From Amoebophrya sp. A120 (taxonomy: Eukaryota; Protista; Dinoflagellata), in NCBI GenBank assembly GCA_905178155.1, contig CAJINV010000028.1, positions 261,746 through 325,745 of the forward strand: 64,000 nucleotides of DNA. The letters run 5' to 3'. Below the pieces are notes generated by a model. The model was not told the origin of the DNA and ran no database searches. It was given only the letters and a program-made list of their open reading frames with translations. The translations under genes and the position numbers were made by a program. Shown one piece after another: positions 33,241-47,174 of this stretch (position 1 is the first letter of the stretch; each line of letters begins with the position of its first letter).

Positions 33241-36200
33241 AGTTTTATTCAAAAGTGTACATTCACACTTTATTTACTTATTTTCTATACATGACATCAC
33301 ATTGTTATTGATGAAAGTGAAACAAAAGCAGTGTTCGTGAGGAAAAAAAAACGAAAACCGGATAGAGGAGAAAAACATAAAAATAAACTCACCCCGCCGG
33401 CCTTCAACGCGTTCCATAAACTCTTGGCGTAGTCGTCCTTTGTCAGCAGTTTCAACATATGGCCAGCTCAAGCGGGACAACCGCACGGCAAGGGACGTCG
33501 TGCTGCATTAAAAATGGACAAGATGCAAATTGATATGCCTTTTGTTAGTTTGTGGCCATCACAATTTCCGACATCAAATACAGGTTGCGCGGACCAACTG
33601 TCGGGCGCGCAGTTTCAATTTTCTGGCACGTAGAAGCTGTCTCGCGTTGCCAATCTCGACTTGGTGCTTCCTGGATGAGATCCGTTTAAGTACTACGTAA
33701 GAAAAGTCATCAAGGCCGGCTCCTCAGCCTTGCCACGGCAGACGTTGTCACATTTGCAGATGTCATAGTCTTCCTTATCCTTATCCCCTTCTTCCTCCGC
33801 CTGCAACATCTGATCAATGGCGACGCTCGTGCCTGGGAATCGCATCTCCTTTTGCAACTCCTGCAGCGTATATCTGTTCACAATTTTATTTGCTTTGAAT
33901 CTGAAGACTGGGCTTGTGGTTATCATGGTGCTGATCCTGATGGTCTGACTAATATCCGTGCGAGACCGGCTTATTGTTCAAGTAGTACTGGAAACACATG
34001 AGAGAAAAGCAGACTTTCGCTCACACAATCCGTACACCCAATATGAAAAAAACTACGACGCCAAGCAAATTTGCGACGGCGAGAAAATCACAGTACCCCC
34101 CTGGAAACGGCGGAAATTCCTTCTCTGTGGCCCTCTGCGTCGCTTTGCACGCGTTTCCGATTAGGGGAGAAAAATTTTGCACTCCCATCAGATAGAAAAT
34201 GGACCCCACCAGAGCAAGCAAAAAAAAGGTTGGTTTTTGGAGGTCTAAACTTTTTGGTTTATTTTTGAGGCCGCTAACGGCTGCACACAAACAGCGCGAA
34301 GCGTTTGGGCCCGCCTTGGCAGCAATAGTTTGCGGCTACTTCGAATGTCGGGGCGCTCTTTAGTCTTGCTCCACTTGAGCCGGTCGCGCAAGGCCTAGGC
34401 ATTCCTACTGTGGGCACGCAGCCCATGGCACGGCTTCTAGATTTCTGCTCCTCGCCAATGTCGATGGCGCCTGCGGTTTCCGGAAGAAAAAGCGCTGGAA
34501 AGAACAAGAATGAAAGCCCCCCCAGATTTCGTTCTGCCCGGCCTCGAAGGGGGGTGACCAGGGGGGTCGGTTTTTGGGGGTGCTTCAAGTCGCCGGAGTC
34601 TAAGTAGGGGGTGAAGGGGGTCGCTTTTGCGAGTGGCTTCTAGGGCTCTTGCTCTTGGCGTGTGTGAGCTCCTAGGCCAGAGGCCTCCCTCCAGGTGGGG
34701 CGGGCCACAACAGGCCTGGACCTGATGCGCCCGCCGGGCTGCGTCGGGCCTGGGACCGGGCCAACTTCCTGGCCGCTTACCTGGGAAACACGGGAGGACG
34801 AGCGCCCGGCGGCGCTGTTCGCCCCTTCCCAATGGCTTCCGGCCGAAGTTCCTATTATGTGAAACGCAAAGGCCGCCAGCCAAATTTGCAGGCTCTCAAA
34901 TACATCAAGACACCTAAAAGCCCGTCTTTTTTTTTTGCGTGTTCTGGTGGTGTCCATTTTTTGACGAGATGGCAAAACTTTTCTCCCGTAGCCCGAAATC
35001 TCCGAGGTAGACGCGCAGAACTCCATACGAGTCGAATTCCAAGTACAAGTTATCCGGTTTACCTGTGCAAGAATTTTGATGGTAAGGTTGAGGGCGTTCC
35101 CTACTACGTTGCGGCAGTTAGTTATCCGCGAAAACGTATCTAAACCAACAAAGCAGTACAAAAGTGATACGCCCAATACAATCGTTCGAGCTTATGTCGC
35201 TCTGGTGGAGGAAGTGTAACCCGTGCAAAATCTCGACGTAAGAATGCTCCACGAAATTTGTCTCGTCACCAGATATATCGGAGAAAGCGTCGCCGGACAT
35301 CACGTGCTTCCCAATATGCATAGGAAAAAAACAAGTCGACATCAGGCTTGCTCACCATCTTAGAACAAAGTTATTTGGTGTTCGCGATACACTGCAAGTA
35401 GTAGTTTTAGAGTCACCGCCAGTCAGTAGTAATTCATTTACACTTACGCAACATGTCCACTCGAGCCTATCCTATTCCTACTGTACCGAGCTGCTACAGC
35501 AAAACAAACAATGGCAAGCCGATGCTAAGGTCGATCTTGGTTCTGAATTCGTAAATGCACATTTTACGAGAATAGTGCAAGTGAATTTTTTTAAGGTCGT
35601 TTGTCTCCGCATAGACCTCCAACGGTGCCATCAACCTGCGTTTTAATTTTGGGTGTTCGCAAAATGGTAGAGGATTCGCGAATGGAAGGAAACACGCAGC
35701 CAGACTGACGAAAAATCAATGACCGAGTGTGGGTCTCATGCCCGGTCCTACCCATGAAGTCAAATAAATACCCTCTTGGGGGCTTTGATAGCTTGCCGAG
35801 GACCACCGAAATCGCGATTTCGTTCACGGATCGGGGTTCGCTTGCATCCACAATTTTCCCGATACACTCCCCCGTCTCTTGGGTTTGCGGATTCTCGGTC
35901 TTGGCTGATCGCAGTGAAAATAGTCGTCCCAATCTTCATGCACAAATGCTTGTGTGGCGGAGTAGGTGCAAAAAAAAAATCTGGGAACAAATTTTCATGA
36001 AGGCAAGCTGCCTCCACAAAAAACGCGGAGGCGGACACAGCCTTGCGTCTGAAAAAGAAGGCCCAAACGCTTGCAGCGCCAACGTCGTACTTCGGCACCA
36101 TGCTATACACAAATTCTCGAGAACCAAAAGCAGGAAAACCATAACAGGAATAATGACTCAGGATTGGGAGTGGTATTTCCAGTGTGATACGTACCGAAAG

Positions 36201-37414
36201 ACCGTTCCGAACGACCCCGAGTTTGCCTGTTGTTGTATTCATTGGAGTACGAAATATAGACATTTGCGCGACAACTTCTACTTCAACGAGAGCGATGCAT
36301 ATCAAACAGCGCAGCAAAGAGCAAGCAACCGGCGCTCACTCCTCCCAAACGCTGCAAAAACACCCAGCAGAAATCTAGCCCTTCGGGCGTTTCCATAATT
36401 CTATTGAACATATCAAAAATCAAATAGAAGCTTAAGAAGGTACCGCAGAGAGTGGCTGAAAATCCACACACAGCAGCTTCCGTGGCGGTAAATAAACCGG
36501 CCCCGTGATGTGCGGTAAATTCGCCTCAATTCCGCACAAAACGTGCTCGCTGGTCGCCGAATTGCCCTTCAGAGTGGGGATAAGTGGCGCTTGCCGTTCG
36601 AATATCCCAGGGGAAAAGCGCTACAGTGACATCACACTACACTGAAATAAAATGCATGAGTTCCTTCGGTGGACAAGTCAGATCTTTTTCGAGCTATCTG
36701 AAGAAATCGTATAAGTATAAAACTTAATCGTATAAATCCTCATTGCAGGCAAGTAAAACACCAATCCTGTAGCTTTGCGTCAGAAGAGTTTTCGTATTAG
36801 GCAAGACAGAATTCTATGGAATCTAAGCGAGCTCGTCACTGTAGCACTTTTTTTCTGTTCGATATCGAAGCAGTCGGTGTCGTGTAGCAGGCTGTGGCGC
36901 CGATTCCTCGGCAGAGCAGCGTACTGGAACGGCAAACTGGTGAACGTATCGACCGATGAGTGCGCACGGAGCCTCGTATTCGCCGTGGTGGAAGTAGTGG
37001 TGCCGGACCCTGTGGCCGAAGTATACCCAGCGTCATCCTCGTTGGGGGACTCGTACGGCTTTTGTCGCTTCTTCGCGTTGGCGTTTGCGCGAGCAGCCAT
37101 GTCGTGCGACAGGAAGTGGGGTGTAGGTGTTTCGGGCCAGAAAAATAAAGATAATTACAGCACAGTTTATAGCCCCCTTTTTCCTGGGTTGGGAGAGCCT
37201 GGGAGAGGAAAATCAGCAACGCCAACACGTCACAAAAAAAAAACTCGCTGGATTATCTAATCCCCCGCGTATGGTGTTGATTATTATACTTTAATAGGGA
37301 GAGCCATAGAACCAAAAAAAATTTCGCGCGCGCGCTGCGCGCGCGCATTCACTCACCCCATACGCAGCCAATGGCGTTGCATCGATTCGAAGGCAAACGA
37401 GCACCGCGCGCCCG

Positions 37415-37890
37415 CTCATCGAAGGACATTTGAAGTGGCCACCTCAACTTCCCCCCATCGAAGGAAATTTGAAATGGCCATTTCAACTTTCCCTCATCGA
37501 AGGAAAATCGAAGTGCCCACTTCAACGCTCCCTCATCAAAGGAAGCTCGCAGTTGCCATTTCAACTTTCCCTCATCGAAGCAAGGAAATTTGGGATGGCC
37601 GCTTCAACTTTCCCTCTTCGAAGGAAATTTGAAGTGGCCACTTCGCCTTTCCCTCATCGAAGGAAAATCGACGTTACCGCTTCAACCTTCCCTCATCGAA
37701 GGAAATTTGAAATGGCCCCGTCAACTTTCCCTCATCGAAGGAAATTCGAAGTGGCCACTTCAACTTTCCATCATCGAAGGAAAATTGAAGTGACCACTTC
37801 AACCTTCCCTCATCGAAGGAAATTTGAATTGGCCACTTCAGCTTTCCCTCATCGAAGGAAAATCGAAGTGCCCGCTTCAACTTTCCCTGA
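37415..37890. repeat. 39-bp minisatellite, ~12 copies, internally palindromic
   Basis: Consensus TTCAACTTTCCCTCATCGAAGGAAATTTGAAGTGGCCAC. Confidence 0.95.
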
Positions 37891-39905
37891 TGGATAACGA
37901 CAGCAGCGCCCCAGGGGCCGCCCGCGTGGAGGACACGCATGCAGGAATTTTTCGCCCCCTAGATGCCACCTGTCGGCGGCATCCGCCATCCCAAAAACTG
38001 CGCCGAGTAGTCACAAATAGAAATACGCCACAGGGGCGCCGTCCAAACCGCTTACATATATATAAAAAGAACTGCAGTAAAATAGACATCATACCATCGA
38101 GCCTGAAGCAAATTTACAAAACGAGTCGCGCTGTTCCTTCTAATTTGCGGAAGCTCTCCCAGCCTCTCCCAGCCTCTCCCGGGCTCTCCCCTCTCCCAGC
38201 TTATAAACTTAACTGTAATTATTATTGTACAAGAGAATTATAGTAAGAAGCGCACTTTCCAGGTGCAGCTTCAGAGAAGTCAAACGTCGTTTAGCAAAGG
38301 TCGTTTTTAGGAAAAATTTTATTGTTAGTTGTCCGAATTATAACCACAAATAACTTAATGACTCGGGTATTTTTACAGGATTTGAAATTCGAAATTGATT
38401 TGACACAGCTGTCGAAACTTTAAAACAAAGCCACAGCGCAAACCAGGCGCTTTTGGTGTGGCTTGAATGCTCCAAGTAGCTAACGTAAGGATAAAATAAA
38501 TTGTCACTACTCTACTGGTACTGACGTACCAAGATCTTACAGAAAAAATGAAGGTCGTCTTATCGCTTTCCAGAAGTAGAGGGGACTACCAAAGTACTAA
38601 CGTATCGATTCTTGTATCAAATCACCCAAAATCTAAATGGGTAAGCGCAACAATAGCCCTAAGGACTTTTTATAGCAATAGCTCTTTCTTTCTTTACAAT
38701 ATATAAATATATCCACCCCGGCAGCACAATAATAAATATTTATTCGATGAAGATTATTGATTTAAACACTGGTAGTATAAATCTTTGTTTACAACTACCT
38801 GCTTAAGCTGTTTTCCCTCAGCACAATTTCGCCTGCTAAAGATTGATTGATGAAGCAAACAGAAATTGCGTGAAATTTCGTCGGTCTGATCATGAAGATG
38901 TTCGTGACACAATTCCTATTTCCCTTTGTCTGCTTCTGTTTTGAAGTGTAGCCCTCCATTTTTGCCTTCCGAAGACAGTTCGCGTCTGCCTAGCAATCTG
39001 GTGACAAGCCTGTCGTACCTTGTACTGGATCTTTTTCTCATCATTCCCTGAATCATGCACAATCTTCATACATACTTAGTTCGTGCACCACACACAGCAA
39101 AAAAACCACCCACATCAGTTTGTCAGATCCCTTCTCGCTGCACCCATTGGTCGGGAAAAAAAGAGTTCTGCGCGCCGGCTCAAAAAACAAAAAAAGAACC
39201 GAGTGTGCGCGTTGGGGTATTCCTCTATTCTTGCAAAAACGCATTTGATGTCCTGCAAGCACACTAATCTCCTTGCTAGGGCGGTTTGTCTTCAGCAATC
39301 CATTTTTTCTTTGCGCGCCTAGCAATAGTCCCTTTCCTTTTCCGAAACAAAAAACAGCTCGCTCTTTTGAGATGTAGCCACACAGAGAACAACAACTTTG
39401 TTTTGCAGGCAAACTTCTTTGTCGGACGAAACGAAACCGCATTGCACTTTGTGTAGGATGTTTCCTTCGGAACAAAAACATCGTCTCAGTTCGGTGTCAG
39501 GTCTCTAACATTGCAAGCAGAATCCACTATGCTTTGTTCCGACCCAGAGTAACCAAACTGTCGTCCTTGAATTGTTATCAAAAAACTGCCTTTGTCGTTA
39601 TTTGTATCTTCCAAAGCCAGTAGTTTACAACCTTGTATTTGTTGTTTAGATTAGAGAAGCGAGTCACGTTTGTTCCAGCATTCAGTGCTCTACATTTCTC
39701 CACAACACAGGAGGCATTTCGAGGTGTTTCCTCACGGATTCACAGCCGACAGCAGAGACCCGACGTTGACTCCCCTGCCCGTGCAACTTTAAAATCTGTC
39801 GTGAAAAACTGCAGGGCCTCGAGACACGACGATCTTCTTCTTTTTTTAGAATGAGCTCGTCGTAGTTGCCGGAACATATTTCATCTAAATCATAAAGGAA
39901 GCACG

Positions 39906-42900
39906 TCATCGCGTTGGCGCCATTTCAAACGCCCACAGTGAAGCCTTCCCCGGGTAAGCGTGAGTCCGCATTTGGTGTACGATCAGACTCGGCGCCGAGC
40001 AAAAACCGGCGACGATACCATCCCCGTAGCCGATGAACGTTGGCGCAGTTGTATGGAACTGCAAATGTGCCTGGGACTGGAAAAATCCAACTTGTGATGC
40101 GTCCTGCTGTAAACTCACAGAAAAATTTGTCTTGAGCGGCTAGGAAGAGGTGCTCCGTTTGGGTCAATATACTGCAACGGTAATTCTCATGCGGGGTAGC
40201 AGTATGCATTTTTCTATAAGCCCTTCTCAAATCTGTGATGCTATGACCTGCACTCCAGTCCAAAAGGTGCATTCAGAATGGCTGATCGCATTCAGAATCT
40301 GCTGCATGAGAAACTTCTGCACTCGGCCAGACGCAGACCTAGATTTAGATACATTTGCATTCCATAAGTCGCCGCAAGGTACATCTCCAGCGCAAGGAAC
40401 TATCGTACGAAAAAACTGTCTCAGTCTCAACCCCTTGCAGTTTCAGCAAGACAAATTGGCAAACTGTGCAATGGAGATTTTTTGTTTTTTGCTTTGCCAA
40501 AGCAAGAAACAAGAAATCTCTATATGCGTTCAGACAGCAAAAGAAAACACATGACATGTGAAAGACATGTCACGCATGACAAAAAACCGTCTCAAGGTCG
40601 TCAAGGTGTCAAGGTGGAAGTTGCGCATTACTACTTAGCTGAGACTGAGACAGTTTTATCTCACGATACAAGCTCGACCGGATGCAGTGGCTGCTCCAAA
40701 TAACCAGCTCCAATTCGGATAACTGTCATCGGACCTTCACTGCGTTCTTCTTTAGAAGCGGATGATAAATATCCGCTATCTTCGTCTTCATCCGCACGAC
40801 GTGCGGCTGATCCTACCTCGTCGTGGCCGCTTTCAGTGACTCCTCGTTCTGGCGCGCTTACTGCCCGCGCCAGTCGTCCTGGTGGCGGTGAATTTACGGG
40901 AGGGAACGCCGCAATGGCGAGTTGGCCCGCGCTGTCCAGGTAGGCGCGAACGGTAGGGCGGCCGTACTTCGCGTGCATGCGCTGCGCGAAATGCAACATG
41001 TCACGGCTGAAAGGGTCTTCGTTTGACATCACGTAGAGCGCCTGGCGAGGCTGTGCAACAGAATCCGGATCAAATACTGGGGCCTTGTGTTCTCCATTGT
41101 CGTGGTGGGTCTTTGTCTTTGCAGTATTACTTCTAGCGCCAGTCGCAGCTTCTGAAGATTTTGCCGGGCGCTGATCGATGACTTTTTCCAGCTGGCGAGG
41201 CCGGGTCGTGGTGGTGTTCTGAACTAGGAGTGGTCCCTCATATGCGAGTTTCGTTCCCACCAGCTCAGCGAAGCGAATGGGCGTAGCTTCGCGATACTGG
41301 TCAAGTTTCCGCGGTTGTGAGCCGAGTTCGCGGTCTCCGCGGCGCCAGTGTACCGCCGCGTCGAGGTGAACTCCCCGAGCTGCGAGTTTTGCCCGCACTT
41401 CCTCCCCGAGAAAACGCACCTTTTTGCTGAACCGCAAGGCAGACCAAATACTCGGACCGAGGAGCTCCGCACGAAGCCCGCCGTACCGCGCAAAGTGCAG
41501 GCGGACACTTTCGTATTCCTCCAGGAAATAAAAGTACAAACCAATGTGCACAGCGGATTTGAAAAGACCACCGATAGAGGTACTACTTGGCGGATGAATT
41601 ATATCATGATGACCTTCGCGCACAGCAGCAGCTCCCACTCCCTGTGCGTCCACCACAATTTTTTCCGTCTCGTCGACGTCGCCACCGCGTTCATCTGAAA
41701 GGGCGGCGCTAGTAGCGCGCAGGGGGACCCAAGAAGCTGTTGCAATTCTATTTTTATCCTCGCCGGTGCCCTCAGAAGCTGTAGGAGCATCCTCGAAGTC
41801 CCGTAATTGACCCGTTCTTTCTTCGGCTGACGAAATAAATGTATCCGAAAAAGTAACCTCGTCCTCTCGATTCGCGCGCAGCTCCGCCCGCCGGACCGCT
41901 TGCTGGACTGCCATGGAAACCGCCGTTTCGTTCACCTTCCCCGGTTTGGAAAAGTCCTTGGCGCAGGAGAGCTGGCCGATCCGGCTTTTCTCCTTCGACC
42001 CGAAAAATGCGTAGGAGTACGATTCGGAGTTTTCTTGGTCATCGTGCTGTAACGTGGGTGCAACTTGTCTGGCGACGTCTGAAGAGGAGACAACAAAGTT
42101 TTCGCAAACGAATTCTGCAGCCGTGTCGTTCTCCAGCGGCAGATCATCTGTGAGAATCACAGCATCAAATTGTTGCAACTGCTGGTCGGAGTTGTGACCA
42201 GCCTCCTCGAGGAGCCGCATCAACCCGTCGTCCGCAGCCGCACCAGTAGAGCTGTCACCCTTTATTGCATTTCCTCCCGCCACCAAACCGCCCATGCCCC
42301 AGCGTTCCCGCAAGAACCTGTCTAGAAACTGGAGGTCGAAAAGCGCGGAAAGTGGTACGCTTCCACCATTTTTCACGTCGCAGGCCGTGCTATCAGGAGA
42401 AAATCTTCACCATCTTCACAACGTTGTCTTTTGTATTCTGAATCACAACTTTGAGTTGTTTCAAGTTGACATTGTCCAGCATCTGTATCTTCAGGTGTAA
42501 GTAGTCAACAGTCTTCATCACATTGACAGCCTTGCCTTGCAGGTCCAGCATAGAAAATAAGTACGTACATAAAAAACAGCAGGAATCTGTACTTATTCGG
42601 CCTCGATGCTGCATGTTCCCCTCCGTTCTCCATCTCCGTTGACCAGATGCATTTGTTCTTTCTTCAAAGTCGTAACAAGCTACGTAGTTTTGTTACCAAA
42701 TAAACCTTGTGCTTGTGGTGGCAAAAGTAGCCTTGTAAATTTCTTTTCCGTACCTGCCCATCTGGTTCCAGTATTCCCCTGGGTCTTCGTGCGTGCAAGT
42801 CGTGCAGTCGGCCGGGTCGAAGGGATGGTGCTCTGTGTAGCTGAGCCGCGGCAGCTGGAGAAACGCAGTCGGGCCCTGAGCGGCCACGAAACGCAGGGTT

Positions 42901-45894
42901 TCTACGAAATCAAACAACTGGTTACCGAACAATTCTCGGCAAGGCCCCACGATGCCCAGGTAGGAGAATACCACGCGGGGAGAGGAACTAGCCGCTTCGA
43001 CCACGGGTTCGCTTGGTTGATCTCCTCGTGCTCGTGTCGACGAAAGCCGAGCCAAGAACGACCCACTCAGCCAGTTCCGCGGTAGCCAGGAGGTCGTTGA
43101 ACTGCTACTGTCTCGTACAACTTCAGGTTGTTGTAGTTCTTGTGCCGCATGATCTACTGCGGTACTACCAGGTAGTTCTTCACCGCTATAGTCAACCTTT
43201 GTCACGGGTGTCGCGGCGACTGAACTACTTGTCCGCCAAGCGTCGGGATTGAGAAATCCTGGAGCAAGGGCAACGGGCATCAAAGCGTCGGTTGTTCCGG
43301 AAATCACCGCCCTATTGCCTTGTTCTTCCGGAGCTTGTTCTTCAACCTCTTCCGTACTAAGTCGGCCACAGGCGGCAACCACCGCGGCCAAATTGCGTAT
43401 GAAAAATGCGTCCTCTCGCTGGCGCAGCCGCTTTTCTAGCCCAACGCACCTGAGCTTCGAGAGGAAATGACCCGGGGAAAAATTTTCGTCTGGATCGATG
43501 TCTTTCTTCTGGAGATAATGCCTTCCAGCCTCGAGAAAGTCGGCTGCGTAAGCTTCATCGACAGCACCCGCAACCAGGCTGCGGGAGAGGTGTTCCTCCG
43601 ATGCGAAAACCGAGGTCGACTTCTGCGCAACGCTGACTAACGTGAAACTCGCACTAGTGTGGTCCGACAAAAGAAGCTCAAGGAGTTCACTACGCCCAGC
43701 ATCGACGCTCCCTGCGGGGAACGCGGTCGCGGGTAAAAGCAGTGTAGCACCACATTCGCGTGGGTCGAAAAATTTCCTCGGGCACTGCGCTTTGACCTCT
43801 TCGCTGAGAAGAGGCTCGTCGACTGTCGAATGGTGCGCTTTGACCTCTTTGCTGAGAAGAGGCTCGCCGCCCGAATTATGCTGCGGCATCTCGACAAGAC
43901 AGAGGTTGCCGGGTCGTGTGTCACCTTGCGGCCCAGGAGGTCCACTTACTTCAACAGGCACCCCTGTCAACAAACGCAATGTCGCACGAATATTGCGCAG
44001 TTCCTGCTCCTTCAGCCGATGAAGAAGCTCTTCTTGCTCTGGCAGCTCTTGCGTAGTTCCAGTGTGGCCGTCTGCTTCATGCGCCACCGGTAGTTGTTCT
44101 GAGCTCGAGAGGACGGCAACGGTACACAGCGTGTTCAATAAAACGGCGGCGCGTCGCTGTGGCTGTGCGACGTCGAACGGGGACCAATTCCAATAATCAT
44201 ATGCAGCCGCAGGAGCTGCAGATGGTGGGTGGTGCTGTCGTGACCCGCGGTAAAAACTTTTTTTCGTCAAGTACTCCAGGGCCTCTCTGTAGGCCTCGAG
44301 TAGCTCTTGCAAACTGGAGCTAACGAGATGTTGAGAGGAGGACAAGTGTGTCCGATACGGATTTATTTCGGTCTTGTAGTTCCGCTCCGAGACGATTATG
44401 CTGATTTGGCGGGCCTGGAGGTTCTTCTCCTGGTCGGAGGACGCGACTTTGAACTCCCCGGGCCCGGGCCCGGCTGAAAAAGGAAGAGTTTCTGGTATAG
44501 ATTCACTCAAAGGTAGTTCTTCACGAAGATCTGCTTGCCCATCACCCCCATGATCTTCACGCACTAGTACCGCTACAAGCACTTGCGGCCACCGTAAACC
44601 TAAGCTCTGCCGGCGAAGAAAGATGGTCTCCCGGTAGGCTGGCCAGAGCTCTAGCGCGTCTCGGAAGTAGGACGCCAGCAGGCCCAATTGGATGGTATCA
44701 AATGTAAAAATGTCTGGGTCTGGAAACTTGTGATGCTGTGTGGCATATCATGAGGAGGCCACAATTGCTGGCTCAGCATGACAAGTTTCTGAGCTTCTAG
44801 GTGTTGCCTATTCTGCATGACAAACTACGTTTCTGCATGACAGAAAAGTGGGGCTCTTTGTTAATGTGCATGACAGATTTAAGAGTCATGCCAGACAAGC
44901 ATGACAAACTTGCATTCTTCCAGACCCAGACATTTTTACTTTTGATAGATGGCGTCCAGATGCCACGCGCTCCGCTCCAGGTACGCGGCGACATCCCGAG
45001 AAAATTCGGCCTATCCTAAGCAAAAACGTACCCACCCCATAGTCAAGTTGGGAATCTAGCAACACAAATCTCCAAGTTTTGGGAGCTGTGCATGACAAGT
45101 TTTCCTCTGCAGTGTAGTGCTGGTTGGCAGGGGAAGCCGCATGAGAAAGCCATTCTCTCGTCCCGTTTGCAGCAGTACAAATTCCAAAACACGACTGAAA
45201 ATGCCTCTCATGGAGGCGCGCACTACAACTGTTCCTGTCAGTGCGCATTTGCATGACAACTCTGGGGTGGGGATGTTTTTACTGAGGATACGGCCCCGCA
45301 GTGCGTTATGTACTCCAGCAAATGATCGACCACTAGTTCAGATCCTCGTCTCCCAGCAGGGATCACTCGCTGTCGCGTGTTCCCGATAACCCAGTTTGCC
45401 GTGGCGTCGCGGCGGGAGAGATCTTCTTCCCCGCCGTCGCCGCTGCTGGTGGCACGGTAGTGTTTCCACGAAGCTGCTGCACGACCTGCAGCGCCGGCCG
45501 ACGTGGCCGAACCGTCGGGATGTAGTTGACCTGCAGCTGCAAAAATGGCCACATCTTCTGGACCATTCTCCAAAGCGGTACAGACGGTCCTTGCGTCAAC
45601 GACCGTCGCTTCATTCTCGGATCCTTGTGGGGCGGTCGCATTGATTTTTTTGCCAGGGTAATTAGCGAAACGGGATTTATTCCCTGCCCTTCTCGCGCCT
45701 GCCACTTCATCTTGCGAAACCTCGGATCGTGCGTAATCCTCCTGGTCATGCTTGGCCGCCGTACTACTGGACCACGACGAGGTAGTGGACCACGACGAGG
45801 GGGAAAAGACAACATGAGCGTTCGGTCCTGCACGCCACCAGACATCGCAGAAAGCTTGGTGGTCAAGCAAGCACGTTGTCAGAGGGCTTGGCAT
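39906..45894 (-). CDS. Large protein (~1512 aa) with a C-terminal GT-B O-fucosyltransferase-like domain; start uncertain
   Basis: Motifs AVHWRRGD, LYVMSNE and, only after removing two elements, ALEMYLAATAPTFIGYG...S..SLIVHQMR. Four element introns plus one GT-AG intron give 4539 nt in frame. Confidence 0.7.
40052..40366. mobile_element. TIR intronic element, family A
   Basis: Family A-like TIRs; TSD AGTTG/AGTCG. Confidence 0.88.
40401..40668. mobile_element. TIR intronic element, family E
   Basis: TATCGTACGAAAAAACTGTCTCAGTCTCA...TGAGACTGAGACAGTTTTATCTCACGATA; TSD decayed; frame restored. Confidence 0.88.
42390..42705 (-). other. GT-AG intron (316 nt) whose 3' end looks like an element terminus
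   Basis: AG|GTTTAT...TTTTCTCCTGATAG|C; joins two long ORFs in frame. Confidence 0.65.
44696..44947. mobile_element. TIR intronic element, family A
   Basis: Family A TIRs; TSD GATGG. Confidence 0.95.
45012..45290. mobile_element. TIR intronic element, family B
   Basis: Family B TIRs; TSD CGGCC. Confidence 0.95.
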
Positions 45895-47174
45895 GAAGCG
45901 CCGAGGAAGCTGGTGGAGGACACCGCTCTTGCTAGTTTTGCTGATCTTCTTTTCAACATGTTCGTGTGGATCTGCTGGAGTCTTACTTTGCTCTTTTATG
46001 AACAGTGGACATCGTCTACTTCAAACTCTCAACATCTTGATTGCAGCCACCACTTTTTTATTATGCCCTTGTTGTGGCCATACTGCGACGCGCCCTTCGC
46101 AATACGATCACAAGCACACGCACCAAAAAAGAAAAAGCATTTAAGTATAGTATGCTGCACCAGACCGATGAAGAAAAATTGGATCAAAAAGCTTATTTTC
46201 GGTCACTCCCACATGACATCGCTTGGTAACAAGGTATGAGCCCAGTGTATCTGCTTTTCACAAGATCCTCTGTTTCGTCAGGAACCAAAGCTTGAGCGGT
46301 CAGATCGATTCGGATAACAACTGATCCTTCGTTATTCACCTTCACGGAGACACAGTCTTGCCATGCTCACACAATTATCATCACAACCTTTCAGCGGTAC
46401 CTTACTAGGCAAGAGGGATTTCAATTTGCATGTTTGGCTGCTGATCTAACTCCGGAACATCTTTTTTTTCCTGAATGGCTAGCACAGCAGTCATCCCCCT
46501 TCGTGGGCTTTCAATTCGCATAGGCACAGTGTTCGATGGACGCGAGACAAGAACAATGAGTTTCGTATTCCCTCCTGCTCCGATGGGCATGGCACCTACG
46601 TAATGTCTATCAAGTACATTCTTTGTTGTTTGAATCCTGTGTTGTGTTGTACTCGAGCAACTGCACACTGAGATAAAAAACGATTTCCGTAATTATATTG
46701 TATCCAAACAAACAGGAAACGCCTCCCGTTTGCGCAGCGCGATCAAGTCGCGTAGAATGACATTCATGTTGATAAAAGCCGGACAGTAGTTGTAGGTGTC
46801 CGTTGTAGATGCCCGTGGAGAACAATCAATCTGTGTCTATTACAACCTTCTCCGCTAAACTTCCAAAACCTCCACTCCCGCTGGGAAGATAGCGGCGAAA
46901 ATACATCAAAGCGTCGTTGTTGTGCTAAAAGTATTCATTGGCTGTTGCTCATGCTGAGTTGTATTATATCTAGCATTTTGCGTCGAAAGAAACTAGGTGA
47001 GATGTTGTGATACATGATACACTTATCGACAAAAATCAAAAATAGTTCACCGAGCGAGTTGCTGTTCCTCTGTTTCGTTAATAAGCTCGAAGCTCGTCTT
47101 AGCTCTTGCGCGCAACTTGTGCAGTCAAAGTAAGTAGCAGACCTAGCTAGTCCTTGTTGAAGAGTCGAACCAAC

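Noticed and set aside
33950-37260. Assorted 100-220-codon ORFs on both strands
   Set aside because: No recognisable domain (including RT, integrase or transposase motifs) and no consistent gene structure.
37415-37890. CRISPR-like 39-bp array
   Set aside because: The variable part is only ~8 nt and the variants are related; it is a minisatellite.
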